Positions 50,503 through 60,188 of a stretch of 64,000 nt of DNA are shown piece after piece. A program made the position numbers and the translations under genes. The DNA lies in NCBI GenBank assembly GCA_016719635.1, contig JADJYT010000001.1, positions 641,205-705,204 of the forward strand. Direction: 5' to 3'. A model generated the notes under the pieces. The model was given only the letters and a program-made list of their open reading frames with translations. It ran no database searches and was not told the origin of the DNA. The number at the start of each line of letters is the position of its first letter. The first letter of the stretch is position 1. This DNA comes from Sphingobacteriales bacterium. GTDB taxonomy: Bacteria > Bacteroidota > Bacteroidia > Chitinophagales > JADIYW01.

Positions 50503-51246
50503 ATGTCAGAAATCAAACTCGGTAAAATTGCTACCGTCCACCCAAAAGGAGTAGATAAAGATGCCACTAAGGCAAAAACCAGGATATTAATTGAAGAGAT
50601 GGCCCAGCTGCAGGATATCCTGATTGCATCGAACAACCAGAGTCTTTTAGTTGTATTGCAGGGAATGGATGCGAGCGGCAAGGATGGAGTGACTAAAAAT
50701 GTTTTCGGAGGGTTGAATCCGTTGGGAGTGACGGTTGCGCCATTCAAAAAACCCACCCCTCTTGAAATGGAGCATGATTTTTTATGGCGGATACATCAGG
50801 TGGCCCCCAAGAAAGGATGCATTACCATTTTCAACCGCTCCCATTACGAAGATGTTTTGATACAACGGGTGCACAAATGGGTAGATGAAAAAACAATCAA
50901 GCAACGGTTTGACCATATCAATAATTTTGAAAAACTATTGGCAGAAACAGGAACAAAAATCTTGAAATTTTATATGCACGTTTCCCCTGCCGCACAATTA
51001 GAACGGCTGGAAGAACGCAAGACGAATCCGGAAAAGATGTGGAAATTCAATGAGCAGGATTTCGAAGAACGGAAATTCTGGAAACAATACATCAAGGCAT
51101 ATGAAGATGTATTTAAACACTGCGATAAGGCTGCCGAATGGCACATCATCCCTACAGACAGCAACTGGTACAAAGAATATCTGGTGGCTCAAAAGGTATG
51201 TGATACACTGAAAAACATGAAACTTAATTATCCGTCCTTAAAATAA
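50503..51246 (+). CDS. polyphosphate kinase 2 (PPK2) family protein
   Basis: 247 aa. VLQGMDASGKDG Walker-A-like motif and FNRSHYEDVL. It starts 2 nt after the preceding stop. Confidence 0.85.
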   Translation: MSEIKLGKIATVHPKGVDKDATKAKTRILIEEMAQLQDILIASNNQSLLVVLQGMDASGKDGVTKNVFGGLNPLGVTVAPFKKPTPLEMEHDFLWRIHQVAPKKGCITIFNRSHYEDVLIQRVHKWVDEKTIKQRFDHINNFEKLLAETGTKILKFYMHVSPAAQLERLEERKTNPEKMWKFNEQDFEERKFWKQYIKAYEDVFKHCDKAAEWHIIPTDSNWYKEYLVAQKVCDTLKNMKLNYPSLK

Positions 51247-51263
51247 ACACAAAAACATCATCT

Positions 51264-52610
51264 GTGGCAAAACTCTGGCAAAAAGGCAAACAGAAGCAAA
51301 ATGAATTGACATCGATCGTCGAGGCATTCACCATCGGTACTGACAGGGAGCTGGATGTTATGCTGGCAAAATATGATGTGCTGGGCTCCCTGGCACATAC
51401 CAAAATGCTGGCGCTGATCGGGTTACTTTCGAAAGAAGAACTTGCTCCCATTCAGAAAGAATTAAAATCCATGTACAGGGAAATAGTAAAAGGAAATTTC
51501 ACCATCTCAGACAGCAACGAAGATATCCATTCTGAAATCGAATTCCGGCTCACTGAAAAACTGGGAGATAACGGAAAGAAAATCCACAGCGGCAGAAGCC
51601 GCAATGATCAGGTACTGCTGGACCTCAAGCTTTTTACCCGGGACAAGTTGATAGAGGTGGTTTTAGAAACGGTTACTGTCTTTAACACCTTAATTAACCT
51701 GAGTGAGCAGCATAAAGATAAACTGCTTCCCGGCTATACCCACCTCCAATTAGCCATGCCCAGCAGTTTTGGCTTATGGTTCGGGGCTTATGCTGAAAGC
51801 CTGGTGGATGATATACAAACGATTTACTCAGCCTTTACCTTAGCCAACAAAAACCCGCTCGGTTCAGGAGCAGGATATGGCGGCTCGTTTCCTCTAAACA
51901 GAAGAAAGACAACAGAATTGCTGGGATTCGAAAACATGAACTACAACGTTGTTTATGCGCAGATGAACCGCGGCAAGATGGAAAAACACGTGACATTTGC
52001 ACTGGCTTCCGTCGCTGCCACTTTATCCAAACTGGCGATGGACTCCTGCCTGTATATGAATCAGAATTTTGCATTCATTTCGTTTCCGGATGCATTAACA
52101 ACAGGTTCCAGCATCATGCCACACAAAAAAAATCCGGATGTGTGGGAACTGATTCGCGCCAAATGCAACCGCCTTCAGCAGTTGCCTGCCCAGATAAATT
52201 CCATTCTCACCAACCTGCCATCCGGCTACCACCGCGATATGCAGGTTATCAAACAGGATTACCTGCCTGCTTTTGACGAACTCATCAGCTGCCTGAAGAT
52301 GGCCAACCTGATGCTGGAAAACATTCAGGTCAGAGATAAGATTTTGAAGGATGATGCTTATAAACTGCTCTTTACCGTTGAATCTGTGAATGAACTGGTT
52401 CATAAAGGAATGCCGTTCAGGGATGCTTATGTCAAAGTAGGCAATGATGTCGAAAGTGGTAATTATAAGAAACCCGGCACCCTGAAACATACACACGAAG
52501 GCAGCATGGGAAATTTGTGCAACAAGGAGATCAAAGAGAATATGAAACGAACAGTCCAGCTGTTTCCCTTCTTTGAGATAGAGACTAAACTTAAAAAACT
52601 GGTTAAATAA
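51264..52610 (+). CDS. argH: argininosuccinate lyase
   Basis: 448 aa. GRSRNDQV, GYTHLQLAMP, fumarate-lyase signature GSSIMPHKKNPDV. GTG start. Confidence 0.9.
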   Translation: MAKLWQKGKQKQNELTSIVEAFTIGTDRELDVMLAKYDVLGSLAHTKMLALIGLLSKEELAPIQKELKSMYREIVKGNFTISDSNEDIHSEIEFRLTEKLGDNGKKIHSGRSRNDQVLLDLKLFTRDKLIEVVLETVTVFNTLINLSEQHKDKLLPGYTHLQLAMPSSFGLWFGAYAESLVDDIQTIYSAFTLANKNPLGSGAGYGGSFPLNRRKTTELLGFENMNYNVVYAQMNRGKMEKHVTFALASVAATLSKLAMDSCLYMNQNFAFISFPDALTTGSSIMPHKKNPDVWELIRAKCNRLQQLPAQINSILTNLPSGYHRDMQVIKQDYLPAFDELISCLKMANLMLENIQVRDKILKDDAYKLLFTVESVNELVHKGMPFRDAYVKVGNDVESGNYKKPGTLKHTHEGSMGNLCNKEIKENMKRTVQLFPFFEIETKLKKLVK

Positions 52611-52707
52611 TCGGCCATTAAGCTATCTTACCTCACTTTTTAAATTTTTGGCAAAGTTTTTGATTTCCATCAGGAAATAGTATTTTTAGCTTTCTAAAAA
52701 AGAAATA

Positions 52708-53523
52708 ATGAAAAAGATTACCAGTATTTTATCTTTAACAACCATCCTGTTGGGATCACAGATCAGCGCATTCGCGGAAACAGCAGTGGAAGTCATGCAA
52801 AAGAGCCTAACAGCCATGGGGACTGTAAAAACCATGAAGTATCATTTTTATGCGCAGGAACGCATGGATGACGGAAAATACAGTAAAAGTGACGTTGAAT
52901 TCAATGTGATTGCATCTCCTTTTCACGTGTTCGCAAAAGCTCACTTACCACAATCAGCACAGCTGATTCACGATGCTGCCAACTCGCCGGATGTACGGGT
53001 AAAGAAAGGGTTTAAACTTACCTTATCCCCTACGAATAAATTACTCATGAAAGGTGTCCACAATCCTATCACAAGAGCTGGATTTGCACAAATCAAGAAG
53101 ATACTGGAAATGAGCATGGCTCAGCGCAAAGGCGAAAACTATGCTGATTTTGTAAAATTAATTGGGTCTGTCGTATATGACAACAATGAATGCTGGAAAG
53201 TAGAGATCAATGATCCTGATTATAAAATTATAGATTATACAGTTGCGTCCAATGAAACTTCTGTATGGCAAATCGGAAAAAAACTGGCGATTTCAGAATA
53301 TAAAATCAAAGAATTGAATAAGATTGGCGATGAAGTGAAAGCAGGACAGAAACTGAAAATACCTTCGTCTTACGCAAAGAAAACAACTCTATACATTGAC
53401 AAAACAAACTACCTGCCCATCTATCATAAAATGGAGGATGAAAAAGGAATTTATGAGATCTATGAATTTAAAGGTTTAAAAACCGGAGTTACCTTCAGCA
53501 ATACTGATTTTGAATTTGATTAA
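52708..53523 (+). CDS. exported protein with a C-terminal-half LysM-like motif
   Basis: Signal peptide MKKITSILSLTTILLGSQISAFA. A LysM-like segment reads YTVASNETSVWQIGKKLAISEYKIKELNKIGDEVKAGQKLKIP. Confidence 0.5.
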   Translation: MKKITSILSLTTILLGSQISAFAETAVEVMQKSLTAMGTVKTMKYHFYAQERMDDGKYSKSDVEFNVIASPFHVFAKAHLPQSAQLIHDAANSPDVRVKKGFKLTLSPTNKLLMKGVHNPITRAGFAQIKKILEMSMAQRKGENYADFVKLIGSVVYDNNECWKVEINDPDYKIIDYTVASNETSVWQIGKKLAISEYKIKELNKIGDEVKAGQKLKIPSSYAKKTTLYIDKTNYLPIYHKMEDEKGIYEIYEFKGLKTGVTFSNTDFEFD

Positions 53524-53543
53524 CGGATAAGCAATATATATAG

Positions 53544-53570
53544 ACCTGCATTTTATGCAGGTTTTTTTTT
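53544..53570 (+). terminator. Rho-independent terminator
   Basis: A 7-bp stem, acctgca-tttta-tgcaggt, followed by a 9-nt T-run. It lies 21 nt after the stop. Confidence 0.65.
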
Positions 53571-53689
53571 GCCTGAAGATCATAACGCTGCCAATTATCA
53601 GGAAATTAACAAAGATTAAATCTAATAATGCGGGGTGAATTGTTAAATTCGGAACGAATTTTGTGAACCTACTATTGAAATCCAAATCA

Positions 53690-55117
53690 ATGAAACGAAC
53701 GATTACACTTTTTTTGTCACTTACGTTTGCCCTTCTCTCCCTTTCTGTAGAAAAAAATTACAACATCACCATTACCGTAAAAGGTATGGAGAATAAGATT
53801 GGCGTACTGGCCTATTACTATGGTGAGAAACGATTTGTAAAAGATACCTTGTTCTTTGATACAAAAGGTAGTGCCGCGATAAAGGGTAAAAAAAATATTG
53901 CCTCCGGCGTTTATCTGATTGCCTTTCCGTCAATGCGCTATAACTCCTTTGATGTAATATTAAATGAAACCAGTTTCAGCATTTCTACAGACACCTTCAA
54001 CTTCATCAAAAATGCAACGGTAAAAAATTCTGTGGAGAACCAGCAGATGTTTGAGGATATGAAATATATGCTGCCGCTGGGCAAAGAAAATGATTCTATT
54101 CAAAAGCTCATAAAAACAGTGGCTAATAAAGAATCTTCCGAATTCAAGACCTTATTATCCAAAACAGATGAAATATCCAAAAAAATTATTCTGCACAGGA
54201 AAGAAATCGCTAAAAAATATCCGGCAACCTATTACACAAAACTCCTGAAAATCATGATGGATATTGAAGTTCCCGCTCCACCCCGGAAAAAGGATGGAAG
54301 CCTGGTGGATACTTTTTTCAATTACCATTACATCAAACAACACTATTACGATGATGTGGACTTCGCCGATTCAGGCATCCTTCGCAGCCCGGTGTTTCAG
54401 CACAAGTTCTTGAAATATTTTGACAGCTACTCCCATCCCCACTTTGATTCTATTATTGTCACGATAGATTCGATGCTGAACCTGGTAAGAGGAAAAAATG
54501 CGGAAATGTTTCAGTACTGCCTGAATGAATTATTTCTAAAGTATGCCAAAAGTGAAATCATGGGCCATGATGCCATCTATGTCCATCTTGCTGAAAAATA
54601 TTATCTGGCAGGGCTGGCCTGGTGGGCAAACCCGAGCAGTTTAACGGAATTGAGGGAACGTGTTGAGGGACTCAAGCCAACCTTAATCGGCAGAATTGCA
54701 CCCAATTTCTTTGTTCAGGATTCGTCCGGAAAGACACAGATGTTCCATGATTTTATCCCAAGAAACAAATACACGGCTCTCGTCTTCTGGAACTCCGACT
54801 GTGGGCACTGTCAGCAGGAAATTCCACACTTAAAACAACTCTATACCGATTCCCTGAAAGCAATGGGTGTTCGCATTTTTGCGGTTTCAACAGAACAGAC
54901 AGACAGCTCTTTCAGGGCGTTCGCAGCAAAAAACTGTTCCCCCGACTGGATTACCTGCGCCGATATGCGCGGGGTGAGTGCCTTCCGGAAAGAATACGAT
55001 GTGATTACCACGCCAAAATTGTTTTTGATTAACAAGAACTTTAAAATTATTGCAAAAAACATCCCGATAAACAATCTGGTTGATTTCATAAAATTTGAAG
55101 ACGGACTGCCGGAGTAA
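53690..55117 (+). CDS. exported TlpA/AhpC-like thioredoxin-fold protein with long N-terminal domain
   Basis: ATG 53690 (MKRTITLFLSLTFALLSLS). CxxC in FWNSDCGHCQQEIP. Confidence 0.75.
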   Translation: MKRTITLFLSLTFALLSLSVEKNYNITITVKGMENKIGVLAYYYGEKRFVKDTLFFDTKGSAAIKGKKNIASGVYLIAFPSMRYNSFDVILNETSFSISTDTFNFIKNATVKNSVENQQMFEDMKYMLPLGKENDSIQKLIKTVANKESSEFKTLLSKTDEISKKIILHRKEIAKKYPATYYTKLLKIMMDIEVPAPPRKKDGSLVDTFFNYHYIKQHYYDDVDFADSGILRSPVFQHKFLKYFDSYSHPHFDSIIVTIDSMLNLVRGKNAEMFQYCLNELFLKYAKSEIMGHDAIYVHLAEKYYLAGLAWWANPSSLTELRERVEGLKPTLIGRIAPNFFVQDSSGKTQMFHDFIPRNKYTALVFWNSDCGHCQQEIPHLKQLYTDSLKAMGVRIFAVSTEQTDSSFRAFAAKNCSPDWITCADMRGVSAFRKEYDVITTPKLFLINKNFKIIAKNIPINNLVDFIKFEDGLPE

Positions 55118-55118
55118 G

Positions 55119-55139
55119 ACGAAAAATAATCTTTTTCGT
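55119..55139. terminator. weak AT-rich hairpin between convergent genes
   Basis: An 8-bp stem, acgaaaaa-taatc-tttttcgt, whose right arm touches the stop of the minus-strand gene. Confidence 0.3.
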
Positions 55140-55885
55140 TACCAGATAAGATACAGCAGCAGGGTTGCTGTCATTTGCAGAAAAAAATTATCAAAGCCTC
55201 TTGGTGACAAGGCTTCTGTGATGGTACAACAAAAAGCAATCAGAAGTATCAGTGGCCATGAAAATGCACTAATGAAAACAGATCTTATAACAATCGCTGC
55301 AACAAACACCGTTGCAATAAAAACGGCCGTGCTGCCTTCCAGGCTTCTGTAAGCAGGCTGCCTGTTAAATGTAAATACCTTGTAACGATGCCTGCCAAAT
55401 CTTGTACCCACAGGCTCTGCAACCGCATCGGCTAATCCGGTGATGGCATATCCCAACATGGCAAAATGCCCGAAAAGCAGATTAGAGAGTATGCCGCCGC
55501 AAAAGGTAGCGATGTACGAAAAAAGGATGTAGTGTGTTCGTTGCGGTGCATCCGTTTCTCTTGCCAATGCTTCATACAGGACAAAACCGTCGCCCTTATA
55601 AATTGCCAATCCCAATAGAATGGTGACCGCCCAACCCAAAATGAATACGCCGCCGATTCCAATGGTAAGTTGTAATCCGAAAGCGGAAAAGAAAATCAGG
55701 AAATGAAATAATTTCCGGCTGTAACCGGTTTTCCATAAAAGTGCTTTCTTACAAATGCCTGCTGTGAATAAGGATAGAAAACTGTACAACAACGCAACCG
55801 GAAACAACCAAAGTATAAGTCGGGGTGCAGGCAAATTATCTGCAAAGAAATAAATCAATCGGCTGAAATCAACGGATGCCGTCAT
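55139..55885 (-). CDS. polytopic membrane protein, CTP-dependent lipid kinase / cytidylyltransferase family-like (dolichol/phytol kinase type)
   Basis: 248 aa, 6-7 TM helices. GLADAVAEPVGTRFGRHRY and SLEGS resemble the CTP_transf_1 C-terminal motifs. Assigned by eye only. Confidence 0.45.
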   Translation of the reverse strand: MTASVDFSRLIYFFADNLPAPRLILWLFPVALLYSFLSLFTAGICKKALLWKTGYSRKLFHFLIFFSAFGLQLTIGIGGVFILGWAVTILLGLAIYKGDGFVLYEALARETDAPQRTHYILFSYIATFCGGILSNLLFGHFAMLGYAITGLADAVAEPVGTRFGRHRYKVFTFNRQPAYRSLEGSTAVFIATVFVAAIVIRSVFISAFSWPLILLIAFCCTITEALSPRGFDNFFLQMTATLLLYLIW

Positions 55886-55894
55886 ACAGGAATT

Positions 55895-56758
55895 TTAGTG
55901 ATTGATGTTACCGTACTCTTTCAGTCCCGTCAACTTCATACTAATCTCCCACAGTCGTTTTGCATTTTCTGAGCTGATGGCCTCCAATGAAGGCACAGTA
56001 GGATTTTTTCTGTACCAGTATAAACCTGTCTTTCCTTTTACTTCGGGTGCAGTGGCTAAATAGATGGAAGTCTCGGCACCTTTTTCCGGAGACGTTAAAA
56101 CGAAACCAAAGTTATCCATTAGAAATTTGAGGACAGGGTTTCCCGTTCTTCCAAAATTGGAGTTGATATTGCCGGGATGCAGGCAATTTACAGTAACATT
56201 GGTTGAATTTTTTAACAGCCTCGCGAGTTCCTTATTAAAAAGGATGTTGCACAACTTGGTAAATCCATATTGTATCATCGAATTAAAACTCTTTTCCGCC
56301 TGCATATCATCCCATCTCATATTTGTAAACCGGTGTGCCAAAGAGGCGACATTCACAATCCGCCCCTGCTCTGATTTTCTTAATAAATCCAGTAAATAAT
56401 GCGTTACCAGAAAATACCCAAGGTGATTGGTTGCAAACATCATCTCATAACCATCTTCATTCACCTGCCGCTCGCCAATAATGGCACCTGCATTATTAAT
56501 CAGCACATCCACCTTATCGTATTTTTTATGAAACTCTAACCCAAAATTCCGGATGGATGCATGTGAACTAAAATCGCAGATATACAAATCACAGTTATTC
56601 AGACCAGTTAAGGCATTAATATCATCCTGCACCGCTCTCGCTTTTTTCTCATTACGGCAAACTAAGACGACCTTCGCCCCCATCTTTGCAATTTCTGTTG
56701 CTGTTACACGGCCAATTCCGGAATTTCCTCCGGTGATTACCACAACTTTATTTTTCAT
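55895..56758 (-). CDS. SDR family oxidoreductase (retinol-dehydrogenase-like)
   Basis: 287 aa. VVVITGGNSGIGR, NNAG, YGFTK (catalytic YxxxK). Confidence 0.85.
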   Translation of the reverse strand: MKNKVVVITGGNSGIGRVTATEIAKMGAKVVLVCRNEKKARAVQDDINALTGLNNCDLYICDFSSHASIRNFGLEFHKKYDKVDVLINNAGAIIGERQVNEDGYEMMFATNHLGYFLVTHYLLDLLRKSEQGRIVNVASLAHRFTNMRWDDMQAEKSFNSMIQYGFTKLCNILFNKELARLLKNSTNVTVNCLHPGNINSNFGRTGNPVLKFLMDNFGFVLTSPEKGAETSIYLATAPEVKGKTGLYWYRKNPTVPSLEAISSENAKRLWEISMKLTGLKEYGNINH

Positions 56759-56767
56759 TTAATCAAT

Positions 56768-57448
56768 TTACTGAGAGCGATTTTGAAATACTTTATATAT
56801 AAACGGAATACTGACGACATACATAAACAGCAGCCGCAAATATGATACAGATTCAGGTTTGTAAATTTTAAATCCCGTTACAAGGATAACAAGGAGTATG
56901 GCTGCAATAGCCAGTCCCTTCATCCACCGGCCTTCATAAAACCCTGTCTGCTGAATAGCATACTGAGGCAACGACATATTTATGTGGGCAATATAGGCTT
57001 TTAACTGCTCTCCAAACAACAGGAACGCTTCCGGCTCATCCTGCACAAGCGGAAAAAGTAAAATCGATTTGAGGGGTGATTGCGTTTTAATGGAGATGAA
57101 CGCCCTGCCATTAGTATCTTCTTCAACAGAAAACAGACGTAAGCTGGAGAATGGAATCTGTTGTATTTTAGGAAAAAAAATGCTGTTAGAAAGTATGGTT
57201 ATCGTCAGCCCGAACCCGTCATAGTCTAACTGTGCCTTTGTTATTATACCTTTTATGATTATCAGCACACTGGATCCTATTACTATAAAAGTGCCAACAA
57301 AAATAAATATTGTCATCAGTGTTTCCGAAAATTCATATTTCTTTAGCCCTGTCATCAACAAAATAAACAGCAGTACCAATACCGTCGGAATAAGGATCAT
57401 TCCCAGCACCTGCTTTAGTATTTCCGTATATCGAACCTGAATGTACAT
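56768..57448 (-). CDS. hypothetical membrane protein
   Basis: 226 aa. Two N-terminal and two C-terminal TM helices around a soluble middle. Confidence 0.45.
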   Translation of the reverse strand: MYIQVRYTEILKQVLGMILIPTVLVLLFILLMTGLKKYEFSETLMTIFIFVGTFIVIGSSVLIIIKGIITKAQLDYDGFGLTITILSNSIFFPKIQQIPFSSLRLFSVEEDTNGRAFISIKTQSPLKSILLFPLVQDEPEAFLLFGEQLKAYIAHINMSLPQYAIQQTGFYEGRWMKGLAIAAILLVILVTGFKIYKPESVSYLRLLFMYVVSIPFIYKVFQNRSQ

Positions 57449-57502
57449 GAAAGTATGAAAGTATAAAAGTAGTAAATTCCTGTTTCAATTCCTTTTAAAA
57501 TA

Positions 57503-57528
57503 AAAGAGCAGCTGGACAGCTGCTCTTT
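57503..57528 (-). terminator. Rho-independent terminator after the SCP2 gene
   Basis: An 11-bp perfect stem, aaagagcagct-ggac-agctgctcttt. The minus strand continues TTATTTTAAAAGG. Confidence 0.6.
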
Positions 57529-57548
57529 AAAATATACTTTCTGTCCGG

Positions 57549-57878
57549 TTATGATTCAGCAGGCATATCATTAAACATACCGATGAATTTCAACATCGCA
57601 CCAAGGTTGCTGATTTTGATTTTACCCATCATTACTGCCATTTGTCTGTTTACTCTTCCCAATTCAGCATCTTCAAAATCCGTTGCCAATGCCGAGATGA
57701 CACAATCCGGCTCGCCGGATAAACCATCTGTTACCGTGCATTGTCCTTCTGCTACGTTTACTGTAAATTCTCCGCCTGTTTCACCTTCCAATTGAAAATG
57801 AAAAACACCGCTTTGTCCCGCAGCTTCTTCCACTTTCAATCTTCCCGGTAATGCTAATACAATCTCTTTTGCTGTCAT
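57549..57878 (-). CDS. SCP2 sterol/lipid-carrier domain protein
   Basis: 109 aa. GVFHFQLEGETGGEFTVNV...GKIKISNLGAMLKF is the SCP2 pattern. Confidence 0.7.
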   Translation of the reverse strand: MTAKEIVLALPGRLKVEEAAGQSGVFHFQLEGETGGEFTVNVAEGQCTVTDGLSGEPDCVISALATDFEDAELGRVNRQMAVMMGKIKISNLGAMLKFIGMFNDMPAES

Positions 57879-57948
57879 TTTTATTCTTTTTGTTGGTTAA
57901 AAATTGATTTCTAACCCAAATGTAAAATATTTTTTTTGAATAAACAAA

Positions 57949-57963
57949 ATTTTACCAAACGTT
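57949..57963. promoter_or_regulatory. candidate operator, copy 1 (ATTTTACCAAACGTT)
   Basis: Identical 15-mer to 58036-58050. Here it continues into inverted arms CAAACG-TT-CGTTTG. Confidence 0.4.
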
Positions 57964-58035
57964 CGTTTGTTAATATTCCACAAGTTACTGAAAAACTATT
58001 AATTACGAACTATTAACATAAATTTTACATGAAAT

Positions 58036-58050
58036 ATTTTACCAAACGTT
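58036..58050. promoter_or_regulatory. candidate operator, copy 2 (ATTTTACCAAACGTT)
   Basis: Contains the perfect palindrome AAACGTTT. It lies 24 nt upstream of a -7-like TAAACTTG (58074-81) and 78 nt upstream of ATG 58128. Confidence 0.4.
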
Positions 58051-58127
58051 TAGTCAAATAGAAAGAAATTGCGTAAACTTGTTTATCTGTTTAAACCATA
58101 AATCCATTCATCCAAACTTAGACAATA

Positions 58128-59726
58128 ATGAGTGTCATAAAATCTAAAGTCAATACCAATTCAGCCGCTTACAAAGAGAATTATCAGAAGATGCTGGTGA
58201 AGATTGAAGAGTTGAATAAGCACCTAAAACAATCCTTGTATCAGGGAGAAGAAAAACATCTTGCTAAGGCAAAATCTCAAGGCAAATTTCTGGCACGCGA
58301 ACGCATAGAACTCGTACTCGATCAGGACTCCCCTTTTTTAGAACTTTTGCCATTGGCTGGATTGGGTGTTAAAGGTGGTTTTGGAACAGGCGGTACCATG
58401 GTAGCCGGCATTGGGTTCGTTTCAGGCAAAATGTGTCTGATTACAGCCAATGTGGGCACCAATAAAGGCGGTGCCATTGATATCGCTACCTTGAAAAAAG
58501 CCTTGCGCATCAACGAAATCGGGAATGAGAACAACCTGCCATCCATCAACCTCGTGGAAAGTGCGGGTGCCAACTTACCCGATCAGGCGCAGGTATTCAA
58601 TTTAGGTGGCAATAATTTTAAAGAAATCACCCGCCGTTCTAAGAAAGGCATTCCAACCATTTCTATTGTATTTGGCAATTCCACTGCCGGCGGTGCCTAT
58701 ATTCCGGGCATGTCCGATTATACCATCTTCATTAAAGGAAAAGCAAAAGTATTTTTAGCAGGACCTCCACTGGTAAAAATGGCAACCAATGAAATTGTAG
58801 ACGATGAAACCTTAGGCGGCGCAGAAATGCACTCCAAAATTTCAGGTGTATCCGATTACCTGGCACAGGACGAACTCGACGGCATCCGAATTGCACGTGA
58901 ACTAATGGCAAATCTGGATGTAAAACATGACACAAAAAACACAGGCGTTTACAAAGAACCTAACTATTCCATTGACGAGTTACTTGGCATTGTTTCAGTA
59001 GATACAAAAGTGCCGTTTGATTGCCGTGAAGTGATTGCCCGTTTAGTAGATGGCTCTGAGTTTCATGAATTCAAGAAAGAATACGGCACTACCTTAATCT
59101 GTGGCTATGCCAAAATACACGGTTATCCGATTGCTATTATAGGTAATAATGGTGTGCTCTTTAATGACTCCTCTAACAAAGGCGCACATTTTATCCAGTT
59201 GTGCAACATGAACAACACACCTATTTTATTCCTGCAAAATATCACCGGATTTATGGTGGGTAAAGAATACGAACAAAACGGAATGATCAAAGACGGAGCG
59301 AAAATGATAAACGCTGTCTCCAACTCTGAAGTGCCGATGTTCACCCTGATGATGGGTGCTTCTTACGGTGCGGGCAACTATGCGATGTGCGGCCGCGCCT
59401 ACAATCCGCGTTTCCTGTTCTCCTACCCGAACAGCATGATTGCAGTCATGGGTTCTGAACAATTGGCCGGTGTGATGCAGATGGTGAGCCGTGAAGCCGC
59501 CATCAAAAGCGGACAGCAATTCGATGAAGCGCAGGCAGCGCAGATGAAAGAATTCATGAAAGCGGAAATTGAAAAACAAAGCAATGCATTCTTCGCTACC
59601 GGTCAGCTCTGGGATGACGGCATCATCGACCCGAGAGATACTCGTCATGTGTTCGGACTGGTCTTAGCCTTAACCTATATGAATGAAGTGAAAGGCACGA
59701 ATGCCTGGGGAGTTTACCGCATGTAA
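58128..59726 (+). CDS. acyl-CoA carboxylase carboxyltransferase (beta) subunit, methylcrotonyl-CoA / geranyl-CoA carboxylase type
   Basis: 532 aa. N-terminal ...GKFLARERIELVLDQDSPFLELLPLAG is typical of MccB/AtuC rather than PccB. Two crotonase-like CT domains. Confidence 0.85.
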   Translation: MSVIKSKVNTNSAAYKENYQKMLVKIEELNKHLKQSLYQGEEKHLAKAKSQGKFLARERIELVLDQDSPFLELLPLAGLGVKGGFGTGGTMVAGIGFVSGKMCLITANVGTNKGGAIDIATLKKALRINEIGNENNLPSINLVESAGANLPDQAQVFNLGGNNFKEITRRSKKGIPTISIVFGNSTAGGAYIPGMSDYTIFIKGKAKVFLAGPPLVKMATNEIVDDETLGGAEMHSKISGVSDYLAQDELDGIRIARELMANLDVKHDTKNTGVYKEPNYSIDELLGIVSVDTKVPFDCREVIARLVDGSEFHEFKKEYGTTLICGYAKIHGYPIAIIGNNGVLFNDSSNKGAHFIQLCNMNNTPILFLQNITGFMVGKEYEQNGMIKDGAKMINAVSNSEVPMFTLMMGASYGAGNYAMCGRAYNPRFLFSYPNSMIAVMGSEQLAGVMQMVSREAAIKSGQQFDEAQAAQMKEFMKAEIEKQSNAFFATGQLWDDGIIDPRDTRHVFGLVLALTYMNEVKGTNAWGVYRM

Positions 59727-59766
59727 TTACGATTTCAGATTTATGAATTAAGATTTAAACAGCAGC

Positions 59767-60126
59767 ATGAATTCGACTGAATTAAAAGATAGAACTAAGA
59801 AATTTGCAGTGAATACTATAAAATTCACAGATGGAATTAAGCCAACTTATGCAAATGTTGTAATAATTAAACAAGTTATTAGATCGGCAACTTCTGTTGG
59901 TGCAAATTACAGGGCTGCATTACGCGGAAAATCTAATCCTGATTTCGTAAACAAAATAAATATTATTCAAGAAGAAGCTGATGAATCAATTTATTGGTTT
60001 GAACTATTAGAAGAAACAAATACACAATTAAAAGGAATTGATGAATTGATAAAGGAAGCTAATGAATTAACTGCAATATTTTCTGCAATTCTAAAAACAC
60101 TTAAATTTAAAAATAACAAAAAATAA
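59767..60126 (+). CDS. four-helix-bundle protein (23S rRNA intervening-sequence protein / Avd-like family)
   Basis: 119 aa. IRSATSVGANYRAALRGKSNPDFVNKINIIQEEADESIYWFELL is the family core. Strongly AT-rich (15 G+C in 59821-59880). Confidence 0.8.
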   Translation: MNSTELKDRTKKFAVNTIKFTDGIKPTYANVVIIKQVIRSATSVGANYRAALRGKSNPDFVNKINIIQEEADESIYWFELLEETNTQLKGIDELIKEANELTAIFSAILKTLKFKNNKK

Positions 60127-60129
60127 TTT

Positions 60130-60188
60130 GAATTCTGAATTCATAAATCATGAGTAAAACAAATCTGAATTCTGAAATCATAAATCAT
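60130..60188 (+). repeat. 22-nt direct repeat (21/22 identical) built from 7-nt tandem units, carrying a duplicate of the downstream start region
   Basis: gaattctgaattcataaatcat (60130-51) versus gaattctgaaatcataaatcat (60167-88). ATGAGTAAAA occurs at 60150-59 and again as the real start at 60193-60202. Confidence 0.8.
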
